From assembly GCF_006345805.1 (NCBI RefSeq), contig NC_043026.1:5952001-6016000 (forward strand): DNA of 64,000 nucleotides, in the 5' to 3' direction. Source of the stretch: Octopus sinensis. Lineage: Eukaryota. The notes beneath the pieces were generated by a model. The model searched no databases and was not told where the DNA came from. It worked only from the letters and a program-made list of their open reading frames with translations. The translations under genes and the position numbers were made by a program. Below are positions 34,700-47,790 of this stretch, piece by piece (position 1 is the stretch's first letter; every line of letters begins with the position of its first letter).

Positions 34700-35880
34700 C
34701 CTCTCGCTCGCTCTCGTCGCCTCCGCCTTCACGTAACCCTCCTTCCTTACACTCATACTCTCACTCTCTTACACGCTTACACTTACACTGACACTCAGAC
34801 ATTTTCCCTCGCTTTGCGTCTATCTATCTCTCCCTCCCTCATTTTACTCGCCCCTCTCTCTCTTTCATTCAACACCTCTCCCTCGCTCTCGTCGCCTCCG
34901 CCTTCGTATAATCCTCCTTCCTTACACTCATACTCTCACTCTCTTACACGCTTACACTTACACTGACACTCAGACATTTTCCCTCCCTTTGCGTCTATCT
35001 ATCTCTCCCCTCTCTCTGTTTCATTCCATACCTCTCCCTCTCTCTCGTCGCCTCCGCCTTCGCATAACCCTTCTTCCTTACACTCATACTTTTACTCCCT
35101 TACACTCTCTCTTTCATTCCACACCTCTCCCTCGCTCTCGTCGCCTCCGCCTTCGTATAACCCTCCTTCCTTACACTCATACTTTTACTCTCTTACACGC
35201 TTACACTTACACTGACACTCAGACATTTTCCCTCCCTTTGCGTGTCTCTCTGTTTCATTCCACACCTCTCCCTCGCTCTCGTCGCCTCCGCCTTCACGTA
35301 ACCCTCCTTCCTTACACTCATACTCTTACACTCAGACGTTTTCCCTCGCTTTGCATCTATGTATCTCTCCCTCCCTCATTTTACTCTCCCCTCTCTGTCT
35401 TTAATTCCACACCTCTCCCTCTCTCTCGTCGCCTCCGCCTTCGTATAACACTCATACTTTTACTCTCTTACACGCTTGCACTTACACTGACACTCAGACA
35501 TTTTCCCTCCCTTTGCGTCTATCTATCTCTCCCTCCCTCATTTTACTCTCCCCTCTCTCTCTTTCATTCAACACCTCTCCCTCGCCCTCGTCGCCTTCGC
35601 ATAACCCTTCTTCCTTAGACTTATACTCTTACTCTCTTACACTCAGACGTTTTCCCTCCCTTTGTATCTATGTATCTCTCTCTCCCTCATTTTACTCTCC
35701 CCTCTCTCTTTCATTCCTCTCGCTCTCGTCGCCTCCGCCTTCACATAACCCTCCTTCCTTACACTCATACTCTTACTCTCTTACACTTAGACTTACACTC
35801 AGACATTTTCCCTCGCTTTGCGTCTATGTATCTCTCTCTCTCTCTCTCTCATTTTACTCTCCCCTCTCTGTCTCATTCCA
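34700..35880. repeat. Degenerate tandem repeat (8 units, 93-175 bp) directly upstream of the SMAD ATG
   Basis: CTCTCGTCGCCTCCGCCTTC anchors at about 34711, 34886, 35042, 35135, 35276, 35423, 35585 and 35723. Confidence 0.85.
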
Positions 35881-38310
35881 CACCTCATACTCTGTCACCT
35901 TCGTTCTACTCCTCACACTTTGGTTGTTCCCTCTCATTTTGTCTTTCTTTTCCTTTCTCCTCTTTCTCTATATGTCTCTCTCACTCTGCACCTCACACTT
36001 TGATTGTTCCCTCTCTTTTTTGTCGCTATCTTATCCCTCCCTTTTCTTTTTCAGTCTGTCTCTCTCTTTCTGCACCTCACACTGTTATTGTTGCCTCTCT
36101 TTTTGTCTGCATTTCCCTCCCTCCTCTATTTTCCTCTGTCTCTCTCATTCTGCACCTCACACACTGATTGCTCCCTCTCTTTTTGTCTGTCATTCCCTCT
36201 CTTCTCTTTTTCTGTCTGTCTCTCTCATTCTGCACCTCACACACTGATTGTTCCCTCTCTTTTTGTCTGCCTTTCCCTCTCTTCTCTTTTCCTGTCTGTT
36301 TCTCTCTTTCTGCACCTCACACACCGATTGTTACCTCTCTTTCTTGTCGGTCTTTTCTTCCCTTTTCTCTTTCACTCTATCTCTCTCTTCTTGCACCTCA
36401 CACCCTGATCCCTCTCTTTTTGCTTATTTGTATATCTCTCCCTCATTTCACTCCTCATTTTCTGCTTCTTCCTCTCTCTTTGTCTATCACTATATCTCTC
36501 TTTTTCTTTCGTTGCCATTTTCTCTCTTTCCACTCACCCTTTCTCTCTCTCTTTCATTCTCTTACTCACACTCTTGCAACCCCCTCTCTTTTGCTTTGAC
36601 TGTATATCTCTCTACTGCCCCCTCCCTCTTTCATTCCACATCTTTTAAATATATGGATGAGCAAAAAGAGAGGAACAAACTAGAGTGAGGAAAGGAATGA
36701 GAGAGAGAAAGGAGAAAGGCAGGGAAAGAAAAGGAAGGAAGAGACAAAAAAGAGAGGGAACGAATTGGGTGTGAGGAGTGGAATGAGGGAGTTAGGGGAT
36801 GAGATGTTTCCCCCTCTCTTTTTGTCTTTGTACATCTTTCGGTCTCCCCCTCTCAATCACTCATTCCATTCTTCTCTCTCTTTATCTATCTGTATCTCCC
36901 TCTCTCCCTTCCTCTCTGTAGCATTATCTGTCTTCCATTTCACTCCCTCTCTCTCTCTCTCTCTCATTCTTTTCCTATTGTTGCCTCTGTCTATCCCTTT
37001 TTCTCCTCCGACTCTTGCATTCTACTCCTCATACTCTCTTTATCCCCTCTCTTTTTGTCTATCTCTATATCTCTCTATACCCTCTCCCCCTCTTACTATC
37101 TACATGTATTTCACTTTCCTTCTCCTCTTCACACCCCTGCTCCCTCATTCCACTCCTCTTTCCTTACATTCTGACTTCTCCCTCCCTTCATATACTTGTT
37201 TCTCACTCCTCATGCCCTCCTTCCACCCTCTTTATTGTCTATCTGTATATCACCATCTCTCCTCTTCCTCTTCCTCTGTCATTCCTCACCTCATACCCAT
37301 GTTGTTCCCTCTTTATCTATCTGTCTATCCCTCACATTCTGCCCCTTTCTCTTTCTCATATTCTACTGCTCACCCCTTACACTTACACCTCGACTTCCCC
37401 CTCTCTATGTATCTATGTCTCTCTCTCTCTCCCTCAGCTTCCCTGATAGTATGAACAATTTACCCTACTCCCCTTCTCTCTCTTTCTTACATCTCTCAGT
37501 CTTCTCCCCTTCTCTGATGCTACTCCTTACACTTCTCTTCCCTCTCTTATTTGTCTATCTCTCTTTCCTCCCCTTCTTTCTCTCCCTCATTCCAAACAAC
37601 TCCCTGGTTGTTCCTTTGCTTGCACCTTATTGCCCCCTCTCTTTCGGTTTGTCTCTATATCTCTCTCTCCTCCTCCTGCTCCCTCTCTCTCTCTCTCTCT
37701 CCCCTCTCTCTCTCTCTCTCTGCTCGTTGCTTTGTCTAACTCATTCATTCCCTCTCTTTGTCTCTCCGTAAATCTCTCCCTCCCCCTCTCTCTCTCTCTC
37801 TATCTATCTCTCTCTCTCTCTTCCTCCTCCTCCTGCTCCTCTCTCTCTCTCCCCTCTCTCTCTGCTCGTCTGCTTTGTCTAACTCATTCGTTCCCTCTCT
37901 TTTAGTCTCTTCCTCCCTTCTCTGTGTTTATATCTCTCTTCCTCCTCCTCCTGCTCCTCCTCCTGCTCCCCTCTCTCTCTCTGCTCGTCCTCTCTTCCTC
38001 CTACTCCTGCTCCTTCTCCTCTCCCCTCTCTCTCTCTCTGCTCGTTGCTTTGTCTAACTCATTCATTCCCTCTCTTTGTCTCTCCGTAAATCTCTCCCTC
38101 CCCCTCTCTCTCTTTGTCTCTCTCTGTCTCCCCTTGTATTCACCCCTTCTCTTTGTCTCTGTGTGATTCACTCCAACTCCCCATTATTCTCTCTCCATAC
38201 CACACACAGCCATGCATCTGGATTTTCACTCTTCTCTCTCTCCCCTCTCTCTCTTTATCTCTATATCTATATATCCCTCTCTGTCTGTGTCACTCTCACT
38301 CATACAAACA

Positions 38311-38346
<36 letters not shown>

Positions 38347-39849
38347 CTATCCCCCCAACTATTTCTCCCCCTTTATCCTTCTCTCTCTTAACTTATATTT
38401 TCTTTGTCTTTCTTCTCATCCAACACCTCTCATATACCTTTCTTCCTCTCTTTCCCTTTTCCCTCTCTCTATGTATATTCTCGCTCACTCTGCCTATGTA
38501 TCTATCTCTCTCTTGTCTGGTTCTCTCTCTCTCTCTCTCTCTCTGTATTTTTCCCGCTCACTTTCCCTATGTATCTATCTCTCTCTTGTCTTGTTCTCTC
38601 CCTCTCTCTATCTATCTATCTCGCTCTCTCAGGCAATCATGCTCCTCCCTCACATTTCCTTATTCCACATCGCGTACTTATGGCTTTACAATCTCTTTTT
38701 AAACGTCTGCACCTCCTTCCTTGCCTATCTCTCTCTATCTCTCTCGTTCTATCATTCCACTATATTCCTCTTTATATACTTTTCCCATGTCTTTTCTTTT
38801 TAGCTACGTATCCTTCTTTCTCTCATTCCTCTTCATTCATTTTATTCTCTCTCATTCCCCCGTTTCATTCGCCAGCATTTCCCTTTCTTTGGGTGTCTCC
38901 CTCCTTTTCATTCACGCCTATCTTGTGTCTATCTATCTCTCTCTATCTATCTATCTGTCTATCTCTCTATCTATCTCTCTATCTATCTCTCTATCTATCT
39001 CTCTATCTATCTCTCTATCTATCTCTCTCTATCTATCTATCTGTCTATCTGTCTCTCTCTCTCTCTATCTATCTCTCTATCTATCTCTCTATCTATCTCT
39101 CTCTATCTATCTCTCTATCTATCTATCTATCTATCTGTCTATCTATCTGTCTATCTATCTATCTATCTTTATCTATCTGTCTATCTATCTATTTACCTCT
39201 GTCTCATTCACATCTTTGTATATGTCTCTCTCTCTCTCCTCTCAATATCTCGTCTTCTCTCTCACTCTCTCTCTCACTCTCACTCTGTCACTCTTACTCA
39301 ATGTTACCCTCTCACTCACTTCACTTACCTCCTCCTCCTCCTGTCACACTTTGTTTACCTTCCGCCGACTCGTGTGACTACCTCTGCCTACCACACTTCC
39401 CGTTTTCCTCCCACTCCAGTTGTTTATTTTTGTCTCTTCTTTTCCCTCTCTCTCTCTCTTTCTCTCTGTGTCTATATATCACTGTCTCTCCATTTCTTTC
39501 TGTCTATCTGTCTCTCTCTCTCTCTCTCATTCTCTCTGTGTCTTTATATCTCTGTCTCTCTATTTCTTTCTATCTATCTCAGTCTCTCTCTCTCTCTTTC
39601 ATTGAGTCTATCCCTGCCGTTTCCCTCTCCCTCTCTCTCTCTCTCTCATATATCTCCCTCCCACTCACATCTGCCTGCCTCCTCCTCCTCTCATCACTCT
39701 GCACAATCAATTTTCTTCTCTCTCTCCACATCTTTCGCCTATTTCTGATGACTTTCACCATTCCTGTGATTGTTTAAAGACTTTCCCCAGACAATCTCCG
39801 TCCAACTTCCTTCTCTTCGTCTGTAATTCCATCAGCCTCTTCTTCCCCA

Positions 39850-39885
<36 letters not shown>

Positions 39886-39900
39886 TGTGTAAGGTTCTTT
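35880..39900. repeat. Long CT-rich polypyrimidine/low-complexity tract including (CTAT)n at about 38925-39200
   Basis: Plus strand almost entirely C/T over about 4 kb. Confidence 0.9.
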
Positions 39901-40019
39901 TTCTCTTTCTTTCTCCTGCATCTTGGCAACTTTTGGTTTTCTAGGCTTTTTTTTTTTGGTTTTATTTTTTTGCTGGAGAAATGTTAAGATTGAAAATGTC
40001 TTAGTGAAGTACACACACA

Positions 40020-40046
40020 CACGCACGTAGATAGATAGATAGATAG

Positions 40047-40077
<31 letters not shown>

Positions 40078-40116
40078 GACAGACAGATAGATAGATAGAT
40101 AGACAGACTGATAGAT

Positions 40117-40153
<37 letters not shown>

Positions 40154-40475
40154 CAGATGGATGGATAGATAGATACATACATACATAGATAGACAGACAG
40201 ACAGATGTAGATAGATAGATAGACAGACAGACAGATAGATAGATAGACAGATAGATAGATAGACAGATGGATGGATAGATAGATACATACATACATACAT
40301 AGATAGACAGACAGACAGATGTAGATAGATAGATAGACAGACAGACAGATAGATAGACAGATAGATAGACAGACAGACAGACAGATAGATAGACAGATAG
40401 ACAGATAGATAGATAGACAGACAGACAGATGTAGATAGATAGATAGACAGACAGACAGATAGATAGATAGACAGA
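40020..40475. repeat. (AGAT)n/(AGAC)n microsatellite; similar tract at 28690-28910
   Basis: Seen directly. Confidence 0.9.
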
Positions 40476-41832
40476 ACCGTAAAGGAATATATTTTCTAAG
40501 AATGCCGAGAATATTCTTGCAGAATTATCTAAATACTCAGTTTAGAAAAAAAAGAAAAAAACAGTTGAATCTCAAAGAGATAATTCAATTCTAGAAGGAA
40601 AAGCAACAAGCTGGCAAAATTGTTAGCACACCAAAAGGAAGGCTAAGCAGCATTATCATCGATCTTTAGGTTCTGGGTTCAAATTCAACCACGGTAGATT
40701 GTTGCCTTCCATCCTTTCGGAGGCAATAAACATTGTAGGGTCTACGTAATTATCTCAGTCCCTAATGTGAAATTGCTGGCCTTGTGTTAAAATCTGAAAC
40801 CAGTATTACTCTCTGAGAAGGCAACAAGCTAGCAGAAATATTAAGCATGCCTCGCAAAAATGCTTAGCGGAATTTTATCTGTCTTTACATTCTGAGTTCA
40901 AATTCTGCTGAGGTCGACTTTGCATTTTATCCTTTCAGGGTCAATAAATTAAGTACCAGTTGAACACTGGGGCCGATGTAATCGACTTAATCCGTTTGTC
41001 CCCTCTGTGTTTAGCCCCTTGTTGGTAGTAAACAAATAGGTATTTCGTCTGCCATTACGTTCTGAGTTCAAATTCCACCGAGGTCGACTTTGCCTTTCAT
41101 CCTTTCGGGGTCGATAAATTATGTACCAGTTATGCACTGCGGTCGATGTAATCGACTTAATCCGTTTGTCTGTCCTTGTTTGTCCCCTCTGTGTTTAGCC
41201 CCTTGTGGGTAGTAAACAAATAGGTATTTCGTCTGCCGTTACGTTCTGAGTTCAAATTCCACCAAGGTCGACTTTGCATTTTATCCTTTCAGGGTCGATA
41301 AATTATGTACCAGTTATGCACTGCGGTCGATGTAATCGACTTAATTCGTTTGTCTGTCTTTGTTTGTCCCCTCTGCATGTAGCCCCTTGTGGGTAGTAAA
41401 GAAATAAGAAACATTAGCACACCGGGTGAAAAGCTTAGCAGTATTTCATCTGCTGCAACGTTCTGAGTTCAAATTCCACCAAGGTCAACTTTGTCATTTA
41501 TCCTTTTGGGGTCGATAAAATAAGTACCAGTTAAACACTGGGGTCAATGTAATTGACTTAATCCCCATCCTCCAAAATTGCTGGCCTTGTGCCAAAATTT
41601 GAAACCATTATTATTATTATTTGCTTGGCAGAATTGATAGCATGTTGGGTGAAATGCTTGGTGGTATTTTGTCCATCTTCACATTCTGAGTTCAAATTCT
41701 GCTGAGGTCGACTTTGCATTTTATCCTTTCAGGGTCAATAAATTGAGTACCAGTGTTACACTGAGGTTGATGTAATCAACAAGTAGTACCCTACCCCAAA
41801 ATTTCAAGGCATTGTGCCTTCAGTACAAGGGA

Positions 41833-42033
41833 TTATTACCTCTGCCTTAGCAAAAGTGGAGGTATATAGGCGCAGGAGAGGCTGTGTGGTAAGTAGCTTG
41901 CTTACCAACTACATGGTTCCAGGTTCAGTCCCACTGCGTGGCATCTTGGGCAAGTGTCTTCTACTATAGCCTCGGACCGACCAATGCCTTGTGAGTGGAT
42001 TTGGTAGACGGAAACTGAAAGAAGCCTGTCGTA

Positions 42034-42070
<37 letters not shown>

Positions 42071-42653
42071 ATGCGTGTGTGTGTGTGTTTGTGTGTCTGT
42101 GTTTGTCCGCTAGTATTGCTTGACAACCGGTGCTGGTGTGTTTATGTCCCCGTCACTTAGCGGTTCAGCAAAAAAGACCGATAGAATAAGTACTGGGCTT
42201 ACAAAAGAATAAGTCCTGGGGTCGAGTTGCTCGATTAAAGGCGGTGCTCCAGCATGGCCGCAGTCAAATGACTGAAACAAGTAAAGAAGAGTAAAAGAGA
42301 GAAAAGAGTATTGTTTTCAGTTGTGTTTGTGTGTTTGTTTGTCTGTGGCCAAGATATCTCAAGAACCGCTGGTTGGCTTCGGATGAAACTTTCAGGAATG
42401 TTTGGCCTCGTGATTGGCACAAACTGATTAGGTTTTGGGATCGATCCGGTACCGGACAAAGATTCTGGATTATTTTCCCTGTTTTCTTTACTTAATTTTC
42501 GAGAGCAGCCAGGTTCATTATTAGTATTCTTGTTTATGTGAGAGCAGTCAAATTTATTTAAGATATTCTCATTTTAAAAATCATCTCTGGCTAATGTTTG
42601 AGAGGACGTTGGTGTTGCCTTGGCGGAGGTTTGCACTCTCTGAGTGCTCTTGT
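41833..42653 (+). mobile_element. Helentron/HINE-like non-autonomous element split by a SINE A
   Basis: 5' TTACCTCTGCCTTAG; 3' subterminal inverted CCTTGGCGGAGGT followed by hairpin GCACTCTCTGAGTGC. Confidence 0.55.
41869..42310 (+). mobile_element. SINE A
   Basis: Full-length match. Confidence 0.85.
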
Positions 42654-43480
42654 TATTACTAAGACAACAAGCTAGCAGAATCGTTAGCACACCTGGCAAA
42701 ATGCTTAGCAAAATGCTTAGCAGTATATCATCTGTCTTCACATTTTGAATTCAAATTCTACCGAGGTTGACTTTGCCTTTCATACTTTTCATCATCATCA
42801 TCATCATCGTTTAATGTCCGTTTTCCATGCTAGCACGGGTTGGACGGTTCGAACGGGGTCTGGGAAGCCAGGGACTGCACCAGGCTCCAGTCTGATCTGG
42901 CAGAGTTTCTACAGCTGGATGCCCTTCCTAACGCCAACCACTCCGCGAGTGTAGTGGGTGCTTTTTACGTGCCACCTGCACAGGTGCCAGGGTGGGGTCC
43001 AGCATCGGCCACGATGGGTTGGAGCTTTTAACGTGCCCCCGGCACGGAAGCTAGCCAAGGCGGCGCCGGCTCGATAAATTAAGTACCAGTGATACACTGG
43101 GGATCAATGTAATCAACAAGTCCCTTTCAGTAGAAAGGACTATTTTAAATAAAGTGGTAAGATGGTAGAATTGTTAACATACCAGGTAAAACACTTAGAG
43201 GTATGCCAGCCATCTTCAACTAGTAGTAGTAGTAGTAGTAGTAGTAGTAATAGTTTCAGTAAGAAAAAGTCTGATAACAAAAAATATGTGCAAAAAAAAA
43301 AAAACTATTCTTTATTTATTCCTTAAGAAAAATATTTAAGATACATGAAGATAATTTAAGTACATAATATACAAAGATATATATATACATATATATATAC
43401 ATTTTTTTACTGTCCATTTTTCTATGCTTGCATGGGTCAGTGTGTATAAATATATATATATATATACACACACATACATG

Positions 43481-43717
43481 CAGGGTGCCCCAAAAGTAAG
43501 TTTTACAGTTATTCAACCATTTCTTTCGCATTCATATATTAACAATTTAGATCTTAATTATAAAATAAATATGAAATCATTATTCTATGCTAATTTAATT
43601 AATCTTGTCAAGCTCCCTTTTCAGTTTGTATGATAGAAATTTAAATTTAATGAAATACTTTAAAAGAAATTTAAAGTGCCTATGTGATAACTGGAAACCT
43701 ACTTTTGGCCTACCCTG
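43481..43717. mobile_element. Older Tc1/mariner-type MITE
   Basis: Degenerate TIR of about 31 bp, CAGGGTGCCCCAAAAGTAAG.. / ..CTACTTTTGGCCTACCCTG. Confidence 0.55.
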
Positions 43718-43969
43718 CATATATATATATATATATATACATATATATACTTTATTTAAAGCAGCAGAAAATTCAACAAAATCTGTTACTCTGAGTTTCA
43801 CGTTGCTAGATTCTAGCAAAAACTGTCCGACGAACGGCAACAGGAAACTCAGAGTAACAGGTTTTGTTGAATTTTCTGCTGCTTTAAATAAAGCATATTA
43901 CTCTACCACTGGTATTTGAGTACTCTTTTTTCCACCTTGTTTCACATTTATGTGTTTACTCCGGTATAC

Positions 43970-44000
<31 letters not shown>

Positions 44001-44416
44001 TATTTATATATATATATTATTTTAAGGAAATTAATTCCCCCAAAATACTAGGTATTGAACCAGTATTTCCTTGGTTAAAACCATCCATTCATGAGGTTAA
44101 CACAACCTCTAATTATATTACACACACACATATATATTTATTGATATTTGGCAAAGTAACAGATTGATTCAAGGTCCAAAAGTCTGATGTCAAGACACGT
44201 ATAAACGCATGCCAATGCATGAAACTCTTGGACTTTGAATCACTCGGCCACTTCTCCTAAATATTAATAAAAATACACACACACACACACATTTAAGTTA
44301 GCAGAAAAACTGTACTTCTTTTCGTTTGTCAAGAAAAGAAAGGAAAAGGCAAAATGTGACTGGCTTTCTCCATCACCACCACCACCACCATCACCATTTT
44401 CAGGCATCAGAAAAGT

Positions 44417-44741
44417 TCACAGCTGTTGAGTGCGTCTTTTGCAACTGACCAAAACATGGGTGCTGCACCGCCCTTCGGGGAAATGGGTGTGGAAGAACTG
44501 GCCGCACTTGCGGTAGCCGGCTCGGTCAAGGTGAGGGAAAAGGGTCCTGTGAAGGTTAGCGTAATAGACAAAGTGGGTCGGAAAGTTGTCGGTCTTCTTT
44601 GAGGTGGTCATGTTGTACTCCTTGTCCAACCACTTCAAAGGGTCGTTGAAGAAAAGGTCAGCTTCGTCCACATAGGGGTCAGTCTGGGAGAGATTCGGTT
44701 CGCATGTCAAGAATCGCATTGGCACCCGTCTGTGGATATGG
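44417..44741 (-). CDS. PIGB: PIG-B coding exon 7 (terminal, TGA at 44417-44419)
   Basis: TTGCAG| acceptor; HIHRRVPMRFLTCEPNL...DEADLFFNDPLKWL...FFHTHFPEGR. The seven exons sum to 1848 nt, or 615 aa plus stop. Confidence 0.94.
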
Positions 44742-44788
44742 CTGCAAAGAAAAAACAAATGGTAAAACACGTCATTGAGGGGTCATCT

Positions 44789-45402
44789 AAGGGGTTCTGG
44801 GAAGTTCCTGGCTTTGGGTGTGTCGCAAAAGGCCTGGTTGGGGACCCCTACCTTCTGAGTTCTTTTACAGGGCTTAGAAAAACTGAAGGACCACTGCAAT
44901 AAGTGTGTGAACCTGAGAGGGGAATACTCTTTTACTTGTTTCAGTCATTTGACTGTGGCCATGCTGGAGCACTGCCTTTAGTCGAGCAAATCGACCCCGG
45001 GACTTATTCTTTGTAAGCCTAGTACTTATTCTAACAGTCTCTTTTGATGAACTGCTAAGTTATGGGGATGTAAACACACCAGCATCGGTTGTCAAGCGAT
45101 GTTAGGGGGGGGGGACAAACACAGACACACAAACATATACACACACATACATATACACATATGACAGGCTTCTTTCAGTTTCTGTCTACCAAATCCACTC
45201 ACAAGGCTTTGGTTGGCCTGAGGCTATAGTAGAAGACACTTGCCTAAGGTGCCATGCAGTGGGACTGAACCCAGAACCATATGGTTGGTAAGCAAGCTAC
45301 TTACCACACAGCCACTCCTGCGCCTATGTTGAATAAAATCATAATTAACTGATCCTACTGTATTTTCTTTTAGCCAAAGACAGGAACATTTTAGCACCCC
45401 TT
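44789..45402 (+). mobile_element. Mariner-derived MITE split by SINE A (second copy at 57931-58147)
   Basis: Retains mariner C-terminal codons GLEKLKDHCNKCVNLRGEY; TIR-like AAGGGGTTCTGGGAAGTTCCTGGCTTTGG / CCAAAGACAGGAACATTTTAGCACCCCTT. Confidence 0.6.
44925..45324 (-). mobile_element. SINE A (PIGB last intron)
   Basis: Full-length reverse match. Confidence 0.85.
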
Positions 45403-45659
45403 CTCTGTGTGTGTGTGTGTGTGTTTGTCCTTAGCTACTGCTTGAAATCTGGTGTCGGTTTATTTACATCCCCCTAAATTAGCAGTTCAGCAAAAGGGAC
45501 AGATGTAATATATTTTTCAGGCATAGAAGAGACAAAAAGACAAAAAACGTACAGGGATCAATTTGTTCAATTAAACACCTTCAATGCAGGGCCCCGGCAT
45601 GGTCACAGTTCAACAACTGGTAGAAGCAAAAAAAACAAAAAAAACATATTTAAAATTAC

Positions 45660-46073
45660 CTGTAAAACGGGGTCGAATGACAGGGCATGAGGAAGAGCAC
45701 ACGAGAAGTAGGGGTCAACTTTTCGGGAGCAAATTCATCATGAAGGAACTTTGTCACAAGCACCGTACCCCTTTGGTGGATCAGATTGAAGTAAAATGCA
45801 AGGGGTATGTTTGTGACTGCGAGGAATATCAGCAGGTAATAAGCCTTCGTTAGGCGCGATTTTTGGACGAAATACTTCTTTTGTTCGCTGTCTGGAGATG
45901 CATTTCCTGAAGAATTCTCCGGCGATGGAACCGAATGACCCTTTTCTGAAGAATGCGGCTTCGTGTTGGACTGCAAGTCTTCGGTGCACAAAGAGTGGAA
46001 GTAGACTCCGCAGTAGTGCATCGACAAGGGGATCGTGTGCATCACGAAACGGAACTCCTTGTGACTGAGAAAA
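45660..46073 (-). CDS. PIGB: PIG-B coding exon 6
   Basis: CCCCAG| acceptor; FLSHKEFRFVMHTIP...LIHQRGT...FLMPCHSTPFY (HKEFRF, HQRG and MPCHSTP motifs); donor AG|GTAATT; 414 nt. Confidence 0.95.
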
Positions 46074-47217
46074 CTGGGGGTAGAAGATGGATAAAGAAAA
46101 TGAATGGTTGGAAGAATGCAAAAGACATACGGAAGAACGGTTCTGAAATTCTTTCAGGTTTTACAAGAATAAGAACAGGGTGCTTCGGTTTTGTGTCTGG
46201 TTTGCAAGATTCTTTAGTCTTTATGTGAAATCAGGCGTCCAAACACAAACACACACACACACACAAATACAGGAATACACACACACACACAAAAATAGGG
46301 TAAACAGTAAAGACCCCCTTCGGTTAAGAATGTCCATGGGATTGCACCTAGAAAGTTCCCCTCCGAGGTACAAGTTCAGGCAGGGTTAATCTATGGAAGA
46401 CCAGCAATCACCCATGCACCCCAGCCTCCCCCTCTCCACACCATTATATGTACATAGGGTAAAGGATAAAGACCCCCTTTGGTCATGGATGACCATGGGA
46501 TTGCATCTAGAAAGTTCCTCTCTGAGGCACAAGTCCAAGGAAGGTTAATTTATGGAAGACCAGCAGTCACCCAGGCATACCAGCCCCACCCCTCTCAACA
46601 CCATTATATGTACATAGGGTAAAAGGTAATGACCCCCTTCAGTCAAGAATGACCATAGGATTGCACCTAGAAAGTTCCCCTGAGGCACGAGTCTAGGCAA
46701 GGTTGTTTACGGAAGACGAGCAGTCGCCCATGCATAGCAACCTTCCTTCTCCAAGCCCCCCGATGTTATCTAAGGAAAATGCAAAGACCAATACAGCCTT
46801 ACATTCCGATTTCAAATCCTGCCAACGTCTACTTTGCTTTTCATCTTTTTGTGGGGTCAATAAAATAAGTACCAGTTGCGCACTGGGGTTGATGTAATCG
46901 ACTTAACCTCTCCCCTGAAATTGCTGGCTTTGTGCTAAAATTTGAAATCAGCTGCCCAGTCTACCTAGCTGCCAAAAAGTACCACATGTGATATAGTTCA
47001 CTGTACTGTGTCCGTGACCAACACATTTAACAATCAATAGTCCAGTCTACCTAGCTGTAAGCAGGTACCACACTTACCATTTGACACACAAAAGACCAAA
47101 AGGTTATTATACACACACATACACACACTCACACAGATGCCACCCACACACACACACACACAAGCTCACCCATGTGAACAAATACAAGCCCATACATACA
47201 AGAGACCAAGAACACAA

Positions 47218-47790
47218 GGCGCAGGAGTGGCTGTGTGGTAAGTAGCTTGCTTACCAACCACACGGTTCCGGGTTCAGTCCCAGTGCGTGGCACCTTGGGC
47301 AGGCGTAGGAGTGGCTGTGTGGTAAGTAGCTTGCTTACCAACCACACGGTTCCGGGTTCAGTCCCAGTGCGTGGCACCTTGGGCAGGCGTAGGAGTGGCT
47401 GTGTGGTAAGTAGCTTGCTTACCAACCACACGGTTCCGGGTTCAGTCCCAGTGCGTCGCACCTTGGGCAAGTGTCTTCTACTATAGCCTCGGGCCAACCA
47501 AAGCCTTGTGAGTGGATTTGGTAGACGGAAACTGAAAGAAGCCCGTCGTATATATGTATATATATATGTATGTGTGTGTGTGTTTGTGTGTCTGTGTTTG
47601 TCCCCCTAGCATTGCTTGACAACCGATGCTGGTGTGTTTATGTCCCCGTCACTTAACGGTTCGGCAAAAGAGACCAATAGAATAAGTACTGGGCTTACAA
47701 AGAATAAGTCCCGGGGTCGAGTTGCTTGATTAAAGGCGGTGCTCCAGCATGGCCGCAGTCAAATGACTGAAACAAGTAAAAAGAAAAAGA
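47218..47790 (+). mobile_element. SINE A with triplicated 84-bp head
   Basis: Heads start at 47218, 47302 and 47386. Confidence 0.85.

Noticed and set aside
34989-39777. Long L/S/F-rich ORFs (up to 457 aa), similar at 61755-62868
   Set aside because: Translation of CT/GA low-complexity DNA lacking stop codons.
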